DNA of 64,000 bases from a virus (lineage: Duplodnaviria > Caudoviricetes), in IMG/VR virus record IMGVR_UViG_3300028175_000001; one strand, 5' to 3'. The position numbers and the translations under genes are program-made. Under the pieces are notes generated by a model that did not search any database, was not told the DNA's origin, and saw only the letters and a program-made list of their open reading frames with translations. Shown here piece after piece: positions 18,531 to 27,887 of this stretch; position 1 is the stretch's first letter, and the number at the start of each line of letters is the position of its first letter.

Positions 18531-19159
18531 TCAATTTCTTCATTTTTAAAATGTACTATTTTAATATCATCATGAAACCCGTCCAAATAAACATATTCTC
18601 CTGGATACATTGCGTTTATTGAAGCAAGTTCTTTTAAATTTTTTTTATTACACATTCTAGTCACCCATGTTGATGGAAGATATTTCAATTTTAATTTTTT
18701 CTTTACTTGATCTTCTATGAAAAATTGTTCTCCATTAACTGGCCCTGTTGTTATTTTAAGGGTAATATAATATTGCGACCAATAATTAATATTGCCCATA
18801 AATTCATCATAAATGTATTTACAATCTTTCGGATAATACTTTTGAAATCCTCCGCATAATGAATAATTTTCATTCCAAGTATCTTTCCACCAAGATTTGG
18901 CTGTTAAAAATTCCCCTCTTTCTATAGGATAATCGATAGCTTTAGTGTAATCATTAATATAAAAAGTATCAATATCAATTACAAGAACCGGCTCATCAAT
19001 ATCCATATTCATGACTCGTAATTTATTCCATTGTAAATCTACTCCAGGCAATTCATCTCTAATCCATGTAACATTCGATATTTTTGAATTAATATAATCT
19101 TCAACTCTTTGATCATATTTGTCACGTACTCTAACTGCAAATACTTTTGTTTTATTCAT
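18494..19159 (-). CDS. GT-A-fold glycosyltransferase-like protein (GT8-like phage family)
   Basis: VRVRDKYD...LQWNKL...VIDIDT (DxD)...WW...GEQFF; paralog of 21465 and 23255. Confidence 0.65.
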   Translation of the reverse strand: MNKTKVFAVRVRDKYDQRVEDYINSKISNVTWIRDELPGVDLQWNKLRVMNMDIDEPVLVIDIDTFYINDYTKAIDYPIERGEFLTAKSWWKDTWNENYSLCGGFQKYYPKDCKYIYDEFMGNINYWSQYYITLKITTGPVNGEQFFIEDQVKKKLKLKYLPSTWVTRMCNKKNLKELASINAMYPGEYVYLDGFHDDIKIVHFKNEEIDYSFLSNNITSL

Positions 19160-20028
19160 TCAGATTTTTTAATCATATTAAAATAATTATAAACAACACG
19201 TTCTCTTGCAACTTCTCTATATTCCCATTCAATTTCGGGAATCCACAAACCAGCAGATGAAGCAGATTTTTCTAAAAACCAATGATGGTGATATAAAAAA
19301 ATTTTTGGATCTTTATATTGTTTTTTAACTCTTTCAGTTCCAGCATATTCATTATCTCTAAATCCTTCACCGGGAATGTTTACGTTCAATAAAAATTCCC
19401 TATTCCAAATAGTCGGTTGATGACATAACAAAAACCCCCCATCTTTTTTAGCCTTTAAAATTTTTTTATTTTGTATATAATGGTCTGTTTCTTCGTATTC
19501 ATCTAAAACATAAGGAGAAGTAAGTCGGTGTAATCTCAAACCATTCACATCATTGAATCGTACAAAATTTAATAATTTATTAAATAATATTGCATCAATT
19601 TGCTTAAATGGCCACTGGTCTTCTTGCATGTATAAAACATATTTTGTTTGAACCGAGTTTAAAGCAGTTATAAGTCTATCACTCCATCCTTCATCAATCT
19701 GTTTTGGTCCCCCATAAGTAGGCAACCAATCTCGTTCTTCGATTCCCATATATTTTTTACTTTTACCCGTTTTAATCTGAAGGATTCTAGGATCATTAAA
19801 GGGCAATTCTATTTCTTCATTACAAAAATATATAGGCCAATCTAAATCCAAAAATCCAAAATGATCAAACATAGTATACCAACCATCCCAAAAATGACTG
19901 TATTCATCACACGTATGAATTATAACACTAATATTATTGAGAGGGAGCATCGTTCCAAATATTACAAAGTAAAATACGTTCTTTTGTTTCTGGTTTAGTG
20001 AAATCATATTCTCTAAAGAATTTATCAT
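19156..20028 (-). CDS. Glycosyltransferase-like protein (GT-A); probable start near 19950
   Basis: SVIIHTCDEYSHFW...WSDRL..AL..V.TKYVLYMQEDQW...HQPTIWNREFL. Confidence 0.6.
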   Translation of the reverse strand: MINSLENMISLNQKQKNVFYFVIFGTMLPLNNISVIIHTCDEYSHFWDGWYTMFDHFGFLDLDWPIYFCNEEIELPFNDPRILQIKTGKSKKYMGIEERDWLPTYGGPKQIDEGWSDRLITALNSVQTKYVLYMQEDQWPFKQIDAILFNKLLNFVRFNDVNGLRLHRLTSPYVLDEYEETDHYIQNKKILKAKKDGGFLLCHQPTIWNREFLLNVNIPGEGFRDNEYAGTERVKKQYKDPKIFLYHHHWFLEKSASSAGLWIPEIEWEYREVARERVVYNYFNMIKKSE

Positions 20029-21025
20029 TCACATAAATTGTTATATTTTCAAGATCATCTTCAGAAAAAAAATCTGTTCTGTAACCCCAATCAGCACAAG
20101 TAAAAGAAGAATAATGAACATTATTTCTAAAAATAGAACAATTTATTTCTCCTTTTGGGGGCATAGCAAAAAACCTATATCCCCGATTTGGTTCATACCA
20201 AGCAAGACAGATCCAGGGATATTCGGCATCAGTATAAATTTTTTGTTTTTCGAAACCCGTTCTTTGAACAGATGTTTCAAGATCTTTTATCTCAACATTT
20301 TCTTCAAAGGAATCTTCCTGCTTATTCAGGTAAGATATACCCAACACATAACCCAATAACTCTTCACCTATATGAAGACCATGATTAATCATCATCTGTT
20401 TAAGATGCTGATCAGAATACATACTCAATCTACGATATAAAAAATTTACATTACACGACATAATTAATGTCATAATCTGCCAATGTCTAATTTTATCCCC
20501 AACATAGTGTTCACCATCAGGCGCATTTAAATCTTCTGTTTCACGTTTATAAAATACTGCTTGTTTTCCTTGAGTTTCTATAATATCATAATTTTCTATT
20601 AATTCGTCATCAAATGGCAAAAATCCATCATAATCAAATAAATGGATTACTTTTTTATTAAGCAATTTCGCATATGTAACCCCTGCGAGTAATAATCGTA
20701 AAACTGCAAATATTGTATTATTTTTAAAAAATTCTCTACTTGCAATATTAAAAATAGGAGACACGTTACCTTCATCATCAAGTTCATAAGCATAATGAAT
20801 TAAATATCCTTTCAATTCAGGATCATCGACCAACATATTATCTTTATCATAAATTGCATAATCTACTAATTCCTGAGTGTCTTTGTCAAGAGGCAAATGA
20901 CTCGTAATCAAAACATCATACCCAAAAGATTTAAACTGTTTTATAAATTTATGACATACAGACTTTCTTTCTTCATCAGACAAATAAGCATGTATCAAAA
21001 TTATTTCATTTGTTTTGTCTATCAT
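19934..21025 (-). CDS. Hypothetical protein, possibly glycosyltransferase-related
   Basis: 363-aa coupled ORF; LITSHLP...VDYAIYDKDN and FDYDG motifs. Confidence 0.55.
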   Translation of the reverse strand: MIDKTNEIILIHAYLSDEERKSVCHKFIKQFKSFGYDVLITSHLPLDKDTQELVDYAIYDKDNMLVDDPELKGYLIHYAYELDDEGNVSPIFNIASREFFKNNTIFAVLRLLLAGVTYAKLLNKKVIHLFDYDGFLPFDDELIENYDIIETQGKQAVFYKRETEDLNAPDGEHYVGDKIRHWQIMTLIMSCNVNFLYRRLSMYSDQHLKQMMINHGLHIGEELLGYVLGISYLNKQEDSFEENVEIKDLETSVQRTGFEKQKIYTDAEYPWICLAWYEPNRGYRFFAMPPKGEINCSIFRNNVHYSSFTCADWGYRTDFFSEDDLENITIYVNDKFFREYDFTKPETKERILLCNIWNDAPSQ

Positions 21026-21030
21026 ATGTT

Positions 21031-21501
21031 TTAAATGTTATTTTGTTGCATTATCCACCCAACTAAAGAATATTTTATTCCTTTTAAAACAGGCTTTACT
21101 CTATGTTCTAATTTCGAATCAAACCTAAGACAATCTCCCACACTCAATTCTATGGAATCACTGTCTTTAATTTCAAAAGATCCTCCTCGATATTCAGCAT
21201 TTAAAGGTATAACACATGTTTCTATTCTTTTACAAGTTGACCGAGCAGTATCAAAATCGTTATGCCAATGATAATAATTTAACTTAGAATATTCTGAAAA
21301 CTGAAATACCATATTAGAACTATTAAATTTTTTTTCCAATTCAAAATCATTTAACCAAATAAAAACCTTAGATCTTCTTTCATCAGAAAATTCACTATTT
21401 ACAACTCTAGCAAAACGAACCTTTTTTCTACAAGATACGATAAGATCAAAACATTCTTCTTTTGTCAATAAGTTTCTAATAATCTGTATTTTTTTGTCCA
21501 T
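21031..21501 (-). CDS. 2OG-Fe(II) oxygenase (prolyl-hydroxylase-like)
   Basis: YHWHND...GGSF...FDSKLEHRVKPVLKGIKYSLVGW (HxD...H...R/K). Confidence 0.85.
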   Translation of the reverse strand: MDKKIQIIRNLLTKEECFDLIVSCRKKVRFARVVNSEFSDERRSKVFIWLNDFELEKKFNSSNMVFQFSEYSKLNYYHWHNDFDTARSTCKRIETCVIPLNAEYRGGSFEIKDSDSIELSVGDCLRFDSKLEHRVKPVLKGIKYSLVGWIMQQNNI

Positions 21502-22031
21502 TCTTCTGTTTTCATTGCAGGCGCAAAATCATGATTAAATAAACAAATTGAATGTTCCAATTCGTCTCTATTCCAAGGATAAGACCAACACACTTTATCA
21601 TAAATTTTATAATCTATTTCTCTGTAAATATATTCATCGATGCCTTTCCAATATTTTACTCTGCTATAATCTTCATCTTCATAAAATTTATCATAAATAT
21701 GAACATGATTTCCCTTCCACGACATTATTGAAGAGTTTAAAGGGGTATGAAGCGAATCTCTCCACCAGGCAGTAAGAAGAGTAAAATCGTCTTTAATTAA
21801 ATGAGATATGGGACCCTTAATAATTATATCTAAATCGAAATATAAATAATTTACATCATTAACACATTCTTTAAACATTTGCAATTTATCAAAAACAGCA
21901 CCTTCTCCATCTCTTATTATATAAACGTTTTCATATTTCAATTTTCCATGTTCACGAATCATATGAAGAATATTATCAACATACCACTCATCATATTTAT
22001 TTCCCGTACATACGAGAACAACGGTTACCAT
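21465..22031 (-). CDS. GT-A-fold glycosyltransferase-like protein
   Basis: VCTGNKYDEWYV...FDKL...YFDLDII...NSSIMSW...GIDEYI. Confidence 0.7.
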   Translation of the reverse strand: MVTVVLVCTGNKYDEWYVDNILHMIREHGKLKYENVYIIRDGEGAVFDKLQMFKECVNDVNYLYFDLDIIIKGPISHLIKDDFTLLTAWWRDSLHTPLNSSIMSWKGNHVHIYDKFYEDEDYSRVKYWKGIDEYIYREIDYKIYDKVCWSYPWNRDELEHSICLFNHDFAPAMKTEEWTKKYRLLETY

Positions 22032-22933
22032 TTCCCTATCACCATAAATCTGTCATATAACGGTAAGGAGCGTTTTCCTTTATATAAAACATCTTTAATT
22101 TGATTTTTTTCAACCAACTCATTAACATCTTTTACACAATTTATATGATCATCTAACTCAAAATAATTATTTGATTGTATTGCTATAGTAGGTTTTATTG
22201 GATAATCTTTATAGCAGTCTTTCATTAAAGCAATATCAGCCATATGTTCTGAAGAAGTGTTTATTATTAATTGCCGTCTTCTCAATTCTGTACGTTCAAA
22301 AAAATCTCCAAATTGTGCAATTTTAAATTTTTCATCAAAGTGATTTTTATACTGTGCAAATATTTTATGACAATTTTCATCCAAATCATATAAATCAATT
22401 TGAGATATGTTGAAATTTTTCGACAACATTTCAATTAATGGATATCCAAACCACGAACCGATTATATCAATATGAAGATCCCCCGAATATTGTATTTTTT
22501 TTAGTTCTTGAGAAAGCCACAATTTAGATTCATATTGACCTTGAGATACGGAATCATCAAAATTATTAGAATACGACGGCAGATTATTATTAACCCACTG
22601 ATTAACCCAATAATATGGAGTTTCTCGATTATCATTTTCACACATAGAAATTTTTTCTTTATGTTCTCCAATAGTATCTCTAATCGAACCAATTTCTGTA
22701 TTGTGTTCTCCAATAGTATCTCTAATCGAACCAATTTCTGTATTGTGTTTTCCGATTTCTGTATTGTGTTCTCCAATAGTGTCTTTAATCAAACCAATTT
22801 GATCATTATAAGATCCTATTTCAATATTATGAAGACTTATATCGTTTTTATTTTTTCGCCAATTATAAATTTGTTCCATATACACAATATTGTTTATATT
22901 TTTTATTTTTACATTGTATTTCGAATGAATCAA
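22025..22933 (-). CDS. Class I SAM-methyltransferase-like protein with N-terminal heptad repeats; probable start near 22879
   Basis: SKLWL...IDIIGSWFG...IDLYDLD...INTSSEHM...QSNNY...HINCV. Confidence 0.6.
   Translation of the reverse strand: MIHSKYNVKIKNINNIVYMEQIYNWRKNKNDISLHNIEIGSYNDQIGLIKDTIGEHNTEIGKHNTEIGSIRDTIGEHNTEIGSIRDTIGEHKEKISMCENDNRETPYYWVNQWVNNNLPSYSNNFDDSVSQGQYESKLWLSQELKKIQYSGDLHIDIIGSWFGYPLIEMLSKNFNISQIDLYDLDENCHKIFAQYKNHFDEKFKIAQFGDFFERTELRRRQLIINTSSEHMADIALMKDCYKDYPIKPTIAIQSNNYFELDDHINCVKDVNELVEKNQIKDVLYKGKRSLPLYDRFMVIGKW
22662..22800 (-). repeat. 21/42-bp in-frame tandem repeats encoding IGEHNTE/IGSIRDT heptads
   Basis: 42-bp unit TGTTCTCCAATAGTATCTCTAATCGAACCAATTTCTGTATTG at 22662 and 22704, a 21-bp half-unit, then a degenerate copy. 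Confidence 0.9.
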
Positions 22934-23282
22934 AAACTTCTGTTAATTCATTATCATCGACCAGTTTATTAATCGAACAAATAGGATTACAATCACCATT
23001 ATGTTCTTTATCATCACCTTTTAAAATGAAAATTCCTTTATGCATTCGACCCACAGGATATGTTTTTTCACAATTATAATGTAATACACAAGTATGCAAT
23101 TTAACATCATCAAACACAAAATCATTACACCTAACATTTGACATATATCTAAAATTAATATCATAATTTATATTATCAATTTCCATATCCAATCCCCTCA
23201 AAGTCTTGATAAACTTAAAATTGGGACAACATAATACAGATATTTTTTCGTGATTTACAGCCCAATAGAATAAGTTTTCCAT
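22863..23282 (-). CDS. Hypothetical protein, distantly like the C-terminal half of 22025
   Basis: HYNCEKTY...KGD..EHNGDCNPI resembles NTSSEHM...NNY...HINCV. Confidence 0.5.
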   Translation of the reverse strand: MENLFYWAVNHEKISVLCCPNFKFIKTLRGLDMEIDNINYDINFRYMSNVRCNDFVFDDVKLHTCVLHYNCEKTYPVGRMHKGIFILKGDDKEHNGDCNPICSINKLVDDNELTEVFDSFEIQCKNKKYKQYCVYGTNL

Positions 23283-24061
23283 AATTCCTGTACAGGTGAT
23301 TCATGTAATTCATAGTGTTTGATATCTTTCATATTTTTATTATTGAAAAGATGAGATGTATTGAACAATGTCACTTTATTTTTTAATTGATATTGTTCTT
23401 TATTATAGTTTGAAAATAGGTCTTTTTCCCACAAATTCAATTTATTATTTCTATGATGCTGATAAAACAAATATTTGTCTAAACTTTTATATGTCCATTT
23501 TATCTTTTCCCAATTATTTTTAGTATAAGTTAAAAGCCAAGAAGCTGTCCCTTTATCCCATGCAACAAATGATGAGTTTGTATGACAAGACACTCCGCGA
23601 CCATAATTGAATAAACTAATTTTTTCATAATCATTCCAATAGTTCCATATAAATGTAATATTATGATGTTTTCTTGTTATCAATTCGGTTATATCTTCAT
23701 GAACCAATACATCTAAATCTATCCAAATATTTTTATCATATTCGTCATTATCAATAAGAAATAATTTTTCATATGTAAAAACTCTCTTTGTATCATATGG
23801 CCTAAGTTCTTGTATATCCTTTGTTTCGATTCTAGAAGATATTCCTCTAGAATCATCAGTATAGCACACAAAATGAAATGGAACTCGACAATATTTCAAC
23901 AATCCACCATACGTTCTATTAACATAATCAAAATTATATTTTGTACCCCACTTGAGACAATTAATTTTAATCTTATTCATAGATAAACAATGGCTCCATT
24001 TTTTTGAACGACTCATCAGGATCATCATATGGCACGTCTTTGACAAACCAAGATTTATCAA
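23255..24061 (-). CDS. GT-A-fold glycosyltransferase-like protein; probable start near 23980
   Basis: CLKWGTKYNFDYVNR...FVCYTDD...YEKL...WIDLDVLV...NSSFVAW. Confidence 0.75.
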   Translation of the reverse strand: MINLGLSKTCHMMILMSRSKKWSHCLSMNKIKINCLKWGTKYNFDYVNRTYGGLLKYCRVPFHFVCYTDDSRGISSRIETKDIQELRPYDTKRVFTYEKLFLIDNDEYDKNIWIDLDVLVHEDITELITRKHHNITFIWNYWNDYEKISLFNYGRGVSCHTNSSFVAWDKGTASWLLTYTKNNWEKIKWTYKSLDKYLFYQHHRNNKLNLWEKDLFSNYNKEQYQLKNKVTLFNTSHLFNNKNMKDIKHYELHESPVQELWKTYSIGL

Positions 24062-24806
24062 TTTTATTATACATTATAACATCATAAACTAATTGGGCAA
24101 ACTTCATGTTTTGTTCTGATGTCATGTGATTTAATAAAAAAATATCACTGTTGGACGCTTGACCAACTATATGCCCAATGGGAATTTTCACATAATCAAA
24201 ATTACTCGAATCCAAAGAATCAAATATTAACGAATTCAATAATTTGGTAGAGGTTATATTAAAATTTTTATAATAACTTATATAATGATCTAAACTAAAA
24301 CAAGTGAAAACTATAAATCTAATATTTTTAAAGTTGTTAGCTATTAATCGCAAAAAAGAAATATTTTTTACATTTTCATACAAAAACATTGGTCCTAAAG
24401 ATTGTGCAATAATTTTAATTTCATTACCAAGTTTTAAAATACTTTCGAAGTTCTGAGACGTGTTCCCCGCAACTTTTTTCATGAAATGAGCATCTCCCGC
24501 ATAATCATCTTCTGCTATTTGAAAAATACCATAAGCCGAATCATTTTTATTTTTCAAAAACGAAAAGTTTAGTCTTTTTTGATCTGACAAAGCCACAAAT
24601 ACTGTATCATGCGGTTTAATAAGTTCTTCTTCTAATTGAAAAACAAGTTTTGTTAAGGCATCATTGGGACCCGATCCGGCCTTCCCAAAACCCCGCACGT
24701 TTTCCTTTTTCAATACTGACAATCGATGAGGCCAACAACATTTGTCTGTAACATTTTCACAAATACAAGCAAAACTATCTCCAAAAATATGAATTGTCAT
24801 TTCCAC
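23973..24806 (-). CDS. SGNH/GDSL-hydrolase-like protein
   Basis: IFGDSF, W, GxGP and C-terminal NHMT motifs. Confidence 0.6.
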   Translation of the reverse strand: MEMTIHIFGDSFACICENVTDKCCWPHRLSVLKKENVRGFGKAGSGPNDALTKLVFQLEEELIKPHDTVFVALSDQKRLNFSFLKNKNDSAYGIFQIAEDDYAGDAHFMKKVAGNTSQNFESILKLGNEIKIIAQSLGPMFLYENVKNISFLRLIANNFKNIRFIVFTCFSLDHYISYYKNFNITSTKLLNSLIFDSLDSSNFDYVKIPIGHIVGQASNSDIFLLNHMTSEQNMKFAQLVYDVIMYNKIDKSWFVKDVPYDDPDESFKKMEPLFIYE

Positions 24807-25837
24807 TGATCTCCAAATGTATCAAACCCTGTACCGCATTTTTCTGCACACACTATTGATTTTCCCTGTGAACAAGAACTCATATTCCAAGACTGTTCTA
24901 TTTTTCTGAAAAAACTTCCTTCTATTATTTCATTTAATGGTTTATATAAAGCATTAATGTTTTTAATATCATCTAGATAATACCATATCTGGTTCTGTCC
25001 TAATTGTTCATATAATTTATATAATTTTCCAGCAGTCCAACAACAGGGGGTAACCAATCCCTCTGCTGAAATATAAATTTCTCTTGACTTTAAAGATTTA
25101 CATTCTATTCCAGTACTGTCTAAATAATTTTGAAAAGTGCCGTGATAGTTAAGCAGTTTATCATATTCGTTTACACTTTTATTTTGATGTTCTTTTTTGA
25201 TTGGAGGCTTAATTTCATTTCCTTTAATAGTTGTTTTTTTGAATATTTTATCATCTTTATAGCTTTGAACCCATCTACCAGTTTTTTTCTTTATAAAATC
25301 AAGACCGAATAATTTAGCCATACGTTCTGCTTCTTCCACTTGATGCTCATTGTGTTCAAATATCAAAAACACCCAAACACCTTTTCCGCCTGCTTGCGTA
25401 AACACATCCATTGAATTTTCAACTCGGGCCCAATCAACATTTACTCGATATAAATGATTCGTATCATCCAAACCATCTACCGAAAAAGACACTCTACCGT
25501 GATGTCCAAAAATTCCTGCAAGTCTTTTCCACCAATCATCTGATCGTCCTCCAGCATTTGTAGTCATATGAAGATATAAGTCTTTATTATTATATCGCAA
25601 CCATTCATATATGTCAAGGGAGTCTTTTGCCGCCAGGGGGTCTCCATGATTGCCACACATGAGAAAACTAGTCAATTGTTGTGCTAAACTAACATCGATA
25701 ATTTGTTTAAATTGATCAATAGAAATTTCAGCATTCTTTATGTGTGGATTATTGGTTCTATCACACATAGGACACATTGCTTGACATTTTTGTGTAGGCT
25801 CAAAATGTATATGTCTTATATCATTAAGTCTGTACAT
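24797..25837 (-). CDS. Radical SAM enzyme with C-terminal SPASM/Twitch domain (subtype A)
   Basis: CQAMCPMC; CGNHGDP; TNAG; C...GLVTPCC...C.EKC. Confidence 0.9.
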   Translation of the reverse strand: MYRLNDIRHIHFEPTQKCQAMCPMCDRTNNPHIKNAEISIDQFKQIIDVSLAQQLTSFLMCGNHGDPLAAKDSLDIYEWLRYNNKDLYLHMTTNAGGRSDDWWKRLAGIFGHHGRVSFSVDGLDDTNHLYRVNVDWARVENSMDVFTQAGGKGVWVFLIFEHNEHQVEEAERMAKLFGLDFIKKKTGRWVQSYKDDKIFKKTTIKGNEIKPPIKKEHQNKSVNEYDKLLNYHGTFQNYLDSTGIECKSLKSREIYISAEGLVTPCCWTAGKLYKLYEQLGQNQIWYYLDDIKNINALYKPLNEIIEGSFFRKIEQSWNMSSCSQGKSIVCAEKCGTGFDTFGDQWK

Positions 25838-26619
25838 AAATCTTTCGCTTTTTCTAAACAGCTATCAAATCTAGGAGAACTAAAGTGCCCCTGATTATTA
25901 ATCTCTTCATTGATATCTATATTTGTGGTATGTGCTATAGTATCAATATTCATTGCTCTAGATAAATGAGTCCACATTCCTTCTGTAGCAAAAATAAAAT
26001 CAGACATTTGTAATATTTCTACATTTCTAGAATAGTTAAAATCCTCTAAAGGAAAAAATGTTATTTCTGGAAACTTTCTAATCAAAAAGTCTATCTTCAT
26101 TCTTTGTTTTTTAGTTACTATATCTTGATTTTTATCATACACCAGATAACAAACTTTTTTTCTTTTTTCTCTAATATCAAAATCAATAGGCCAATACGAT
26201 CCATCAGTCCATATTTTATTGTACAGCATATTAAAAGTATTATTATAGTAATTACACCCTGTCGGAAGAGATATTTTTTTAAAATCTTTATCGTAAGTAT
26301 TCTCGTAGGTATTTTCAATCATTACATGAGCGTCTTGCCATGATATTTTTTTCTTTAAATGCACAGTTGTAATTTTATTTTTAGGTCTTTTAAACTGAAA
26401 AAAATCAATTATTTGATAAAAATCTTCACATAAAAGTTTCTTTGGCTTTGGATGAACGTCCAGTGATTCACACATATAAACGACACTATCACGTTCAAAA
26501 TAATCCATTACACTTAGAAATGCAGAAACATATACGAACCTATCTCCAAGCCCCCCGTCATTCGGGACAAAATAAAAAGTTAAAGGATCAGACAAAGAGG
26601 ATTTATGGAAAACATTCAT
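25816..26619 (-). CDS. GT-B / GT9-like hypothetical protein
   Basis: GGLGDR near the N-terminus; SDFIFATEGMWTHLSRAMNI resembles the GT9 DSGxxHLAxA motif. Confidence 0.45.
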   Translation of the reverse strand: MNVFHKSSLSDPLTFYFVPNDGGLGDRFVYVSAFLSVMDYFERDSVVYMCESLDVHPKPKKLLCEDFYQIIDFFQFKRPKNKITTVHLKKKISWQDAHVMIENTYENTYDKDFKKISLPTGCNYYNNTFNMLYNKIWTDGSYWPIDFDIREKRKKVCYLVYDKNQDIVTKKQRMKIDFLIRKFPEITFFPLEDFNYSRNVEILQMSDFIFATEGMWTHLSRAMNIDTIAHTTNIDINEEINNQGHFSSPRFDSCLEKAKDLCTDLMI

Positions 26620-26797
26620 ATTTTTTTACATACCATTTAATAACATTTTTATAAAATTGCTGGCTATCATGATCTGCTTTGAATTGTTTTATGAAGGCAC
26701 TTGTTGCATTATGATTTGATAATATTATTGAAGAAATGTTTTGCAATTCTCGTAAAGAATAATCTTGTATGATATTATCGATTATTTTTTCGTTCAT
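26603..26797 (-). CDS. Small hypothetical protein (64 aa)
   Basis: Fills the gap in a coupled operon and overlaps the next start. Confidence 0.55.
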   Translation of the reverse strand: MNEKIIDNIIQDYSLRELQNISSIILSNHNATSAFIKQFKADHDSQQFYKNVIKWYVKKYECFP

Positions 26798-26813
26798 AAT
26801 TTTCTAAAACAAT

Positions 26814-27887
26814 TTATGAGCATTTCCATAAAGGCAATGAGCAATTTAATTTCTTTTTTGGAATTTTGCTATCTGCAGAACTCACACACGCATCCGTAAT
26901 ACAAGGTTTTACATCATTAAATAATTTAAATCCTGTTTCAATATTTCCTAAAGGAACATCTCTGCAAGAATAAGATCGCTTAATGCTCCCATCAGGCTCA
27001 CGAATAATACAACTACGATAGCCAGAAGAACACATCCATTCTTTGAAATTATTAAAATTAAACGCATTGAACCTTTCAGATTGATCAAGATACCATTCAT
27101 TTCCCTCATCATCATTCATCACAATTTCAAATTCTTGACGAATATTTTTGAGTTTTTTTGATTTAACTTCCATATTTGTAATCTGAGGCATTCCATTATG
27201 TAGTATATGTATTTGTTCTTTTGTATATCCATCAACAACAAACGTTGCGGTAGGATCACTCTGGGGTTTAAGCGTTACGTTTATACCTCGTTCATAAAAA
27301 TAAAGCAGATTTTTATATGTTTCATCAAAAGTTTCTGGTATCATAACAGAATTAATTGTGACACGCACACCATTACGTTGACAAAATTCAAGTTTATCAG
27401 CAAAACCCTCAAACTTGTCCAGATCAAGATATTCACGATGAAATGATGCGGTAATAGATGCTCTTGTAAATTTTTTAGCGGATTCGACATATCGTTCAAA
27501 CCATTTCATAGGCCGAGAACAATTTGATGTCATATGTATAGAAGAATAATTAGTATTATGTACATCATCAGAAAGATGCTTAAGTATGTCTAAATATCCT
27601 GGATGAAAAGTGGGTTCACCCCCAGATAAGCTAAAATGAAAACTATTAAACCCTCTCTGTCTCGCCTGTAATTTAATTTCATCGATTGTTTCAAGACACA
27701 ACTTAGTGGGCCTATGATCTTTCGTATTGCTTCTAGCATATGGCCAACAATACGAACATCTATAATTACAAAATCGACCTAACAGCCAGGACACTGTAAA
27801 TAAGTCAGTATCCAACATTTTCCAGGTCCCAACTCGTTCAATTCTATCCCAAGGTATCTTGGTAAAATCATATTCACTTAATTTCAT
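26814..27887 (-). CDS. Radical SAM enzyme (subtype C)
   Basis: WLLGRFCNYRCSYC; SGGEPT; C-terminal WMCSSG...C...C...C. Confidence 0.9.
   Translation of the reverse strand: MKLSEYDFTKIPWDRIERVGTWKMLDTDLFTVSWLLGRFCNYRCSYCWPYARSNTKDHRPTKLCLETIDEIKLQARQRGFNSFHFSLSGGEPTFHPGYLDILKHLSDDVHNTNYSSIHMTSNCSRPMKWFERYVESAKKFTRASITASFHREYLDLDKFEGFADKLEFCQRNGVRVTINSVMIPETFDETYKNLLYFYERGINVTLKPQSDPTATFVVDGYTKEQIHILHNGMPQITNMEVKSKKLKNIRQEFEIVMNDDEGNEWYLDQSERFNAFNFNNFKEWMCSSGYRSCIIREPDGSIKRSYSCRDVPLGNIETGFKLFNDVKPCITDACVSSADSKIPKKKLNCSLPLWKCS

Noticed and set aside
22662-22800. Possible CRISPR-like or DGR repeat
   Set aside because: The repeats are contiguous, in frame and lack unique spacers; no reverse transcriptase or adenine-specific TR/VR pattern was seen, and the 31-bp and 33-bp copies do not show A-specific mismatches.
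26603-26797. RiPP precursor peptide for the SPASM rSAMs
   Set aside because: No leader/core pattern, Cys/Ser-rich core or repeated cassette; looks like a small helical protein. No RRE/PqqD domain or peptidase/transporter recognised.
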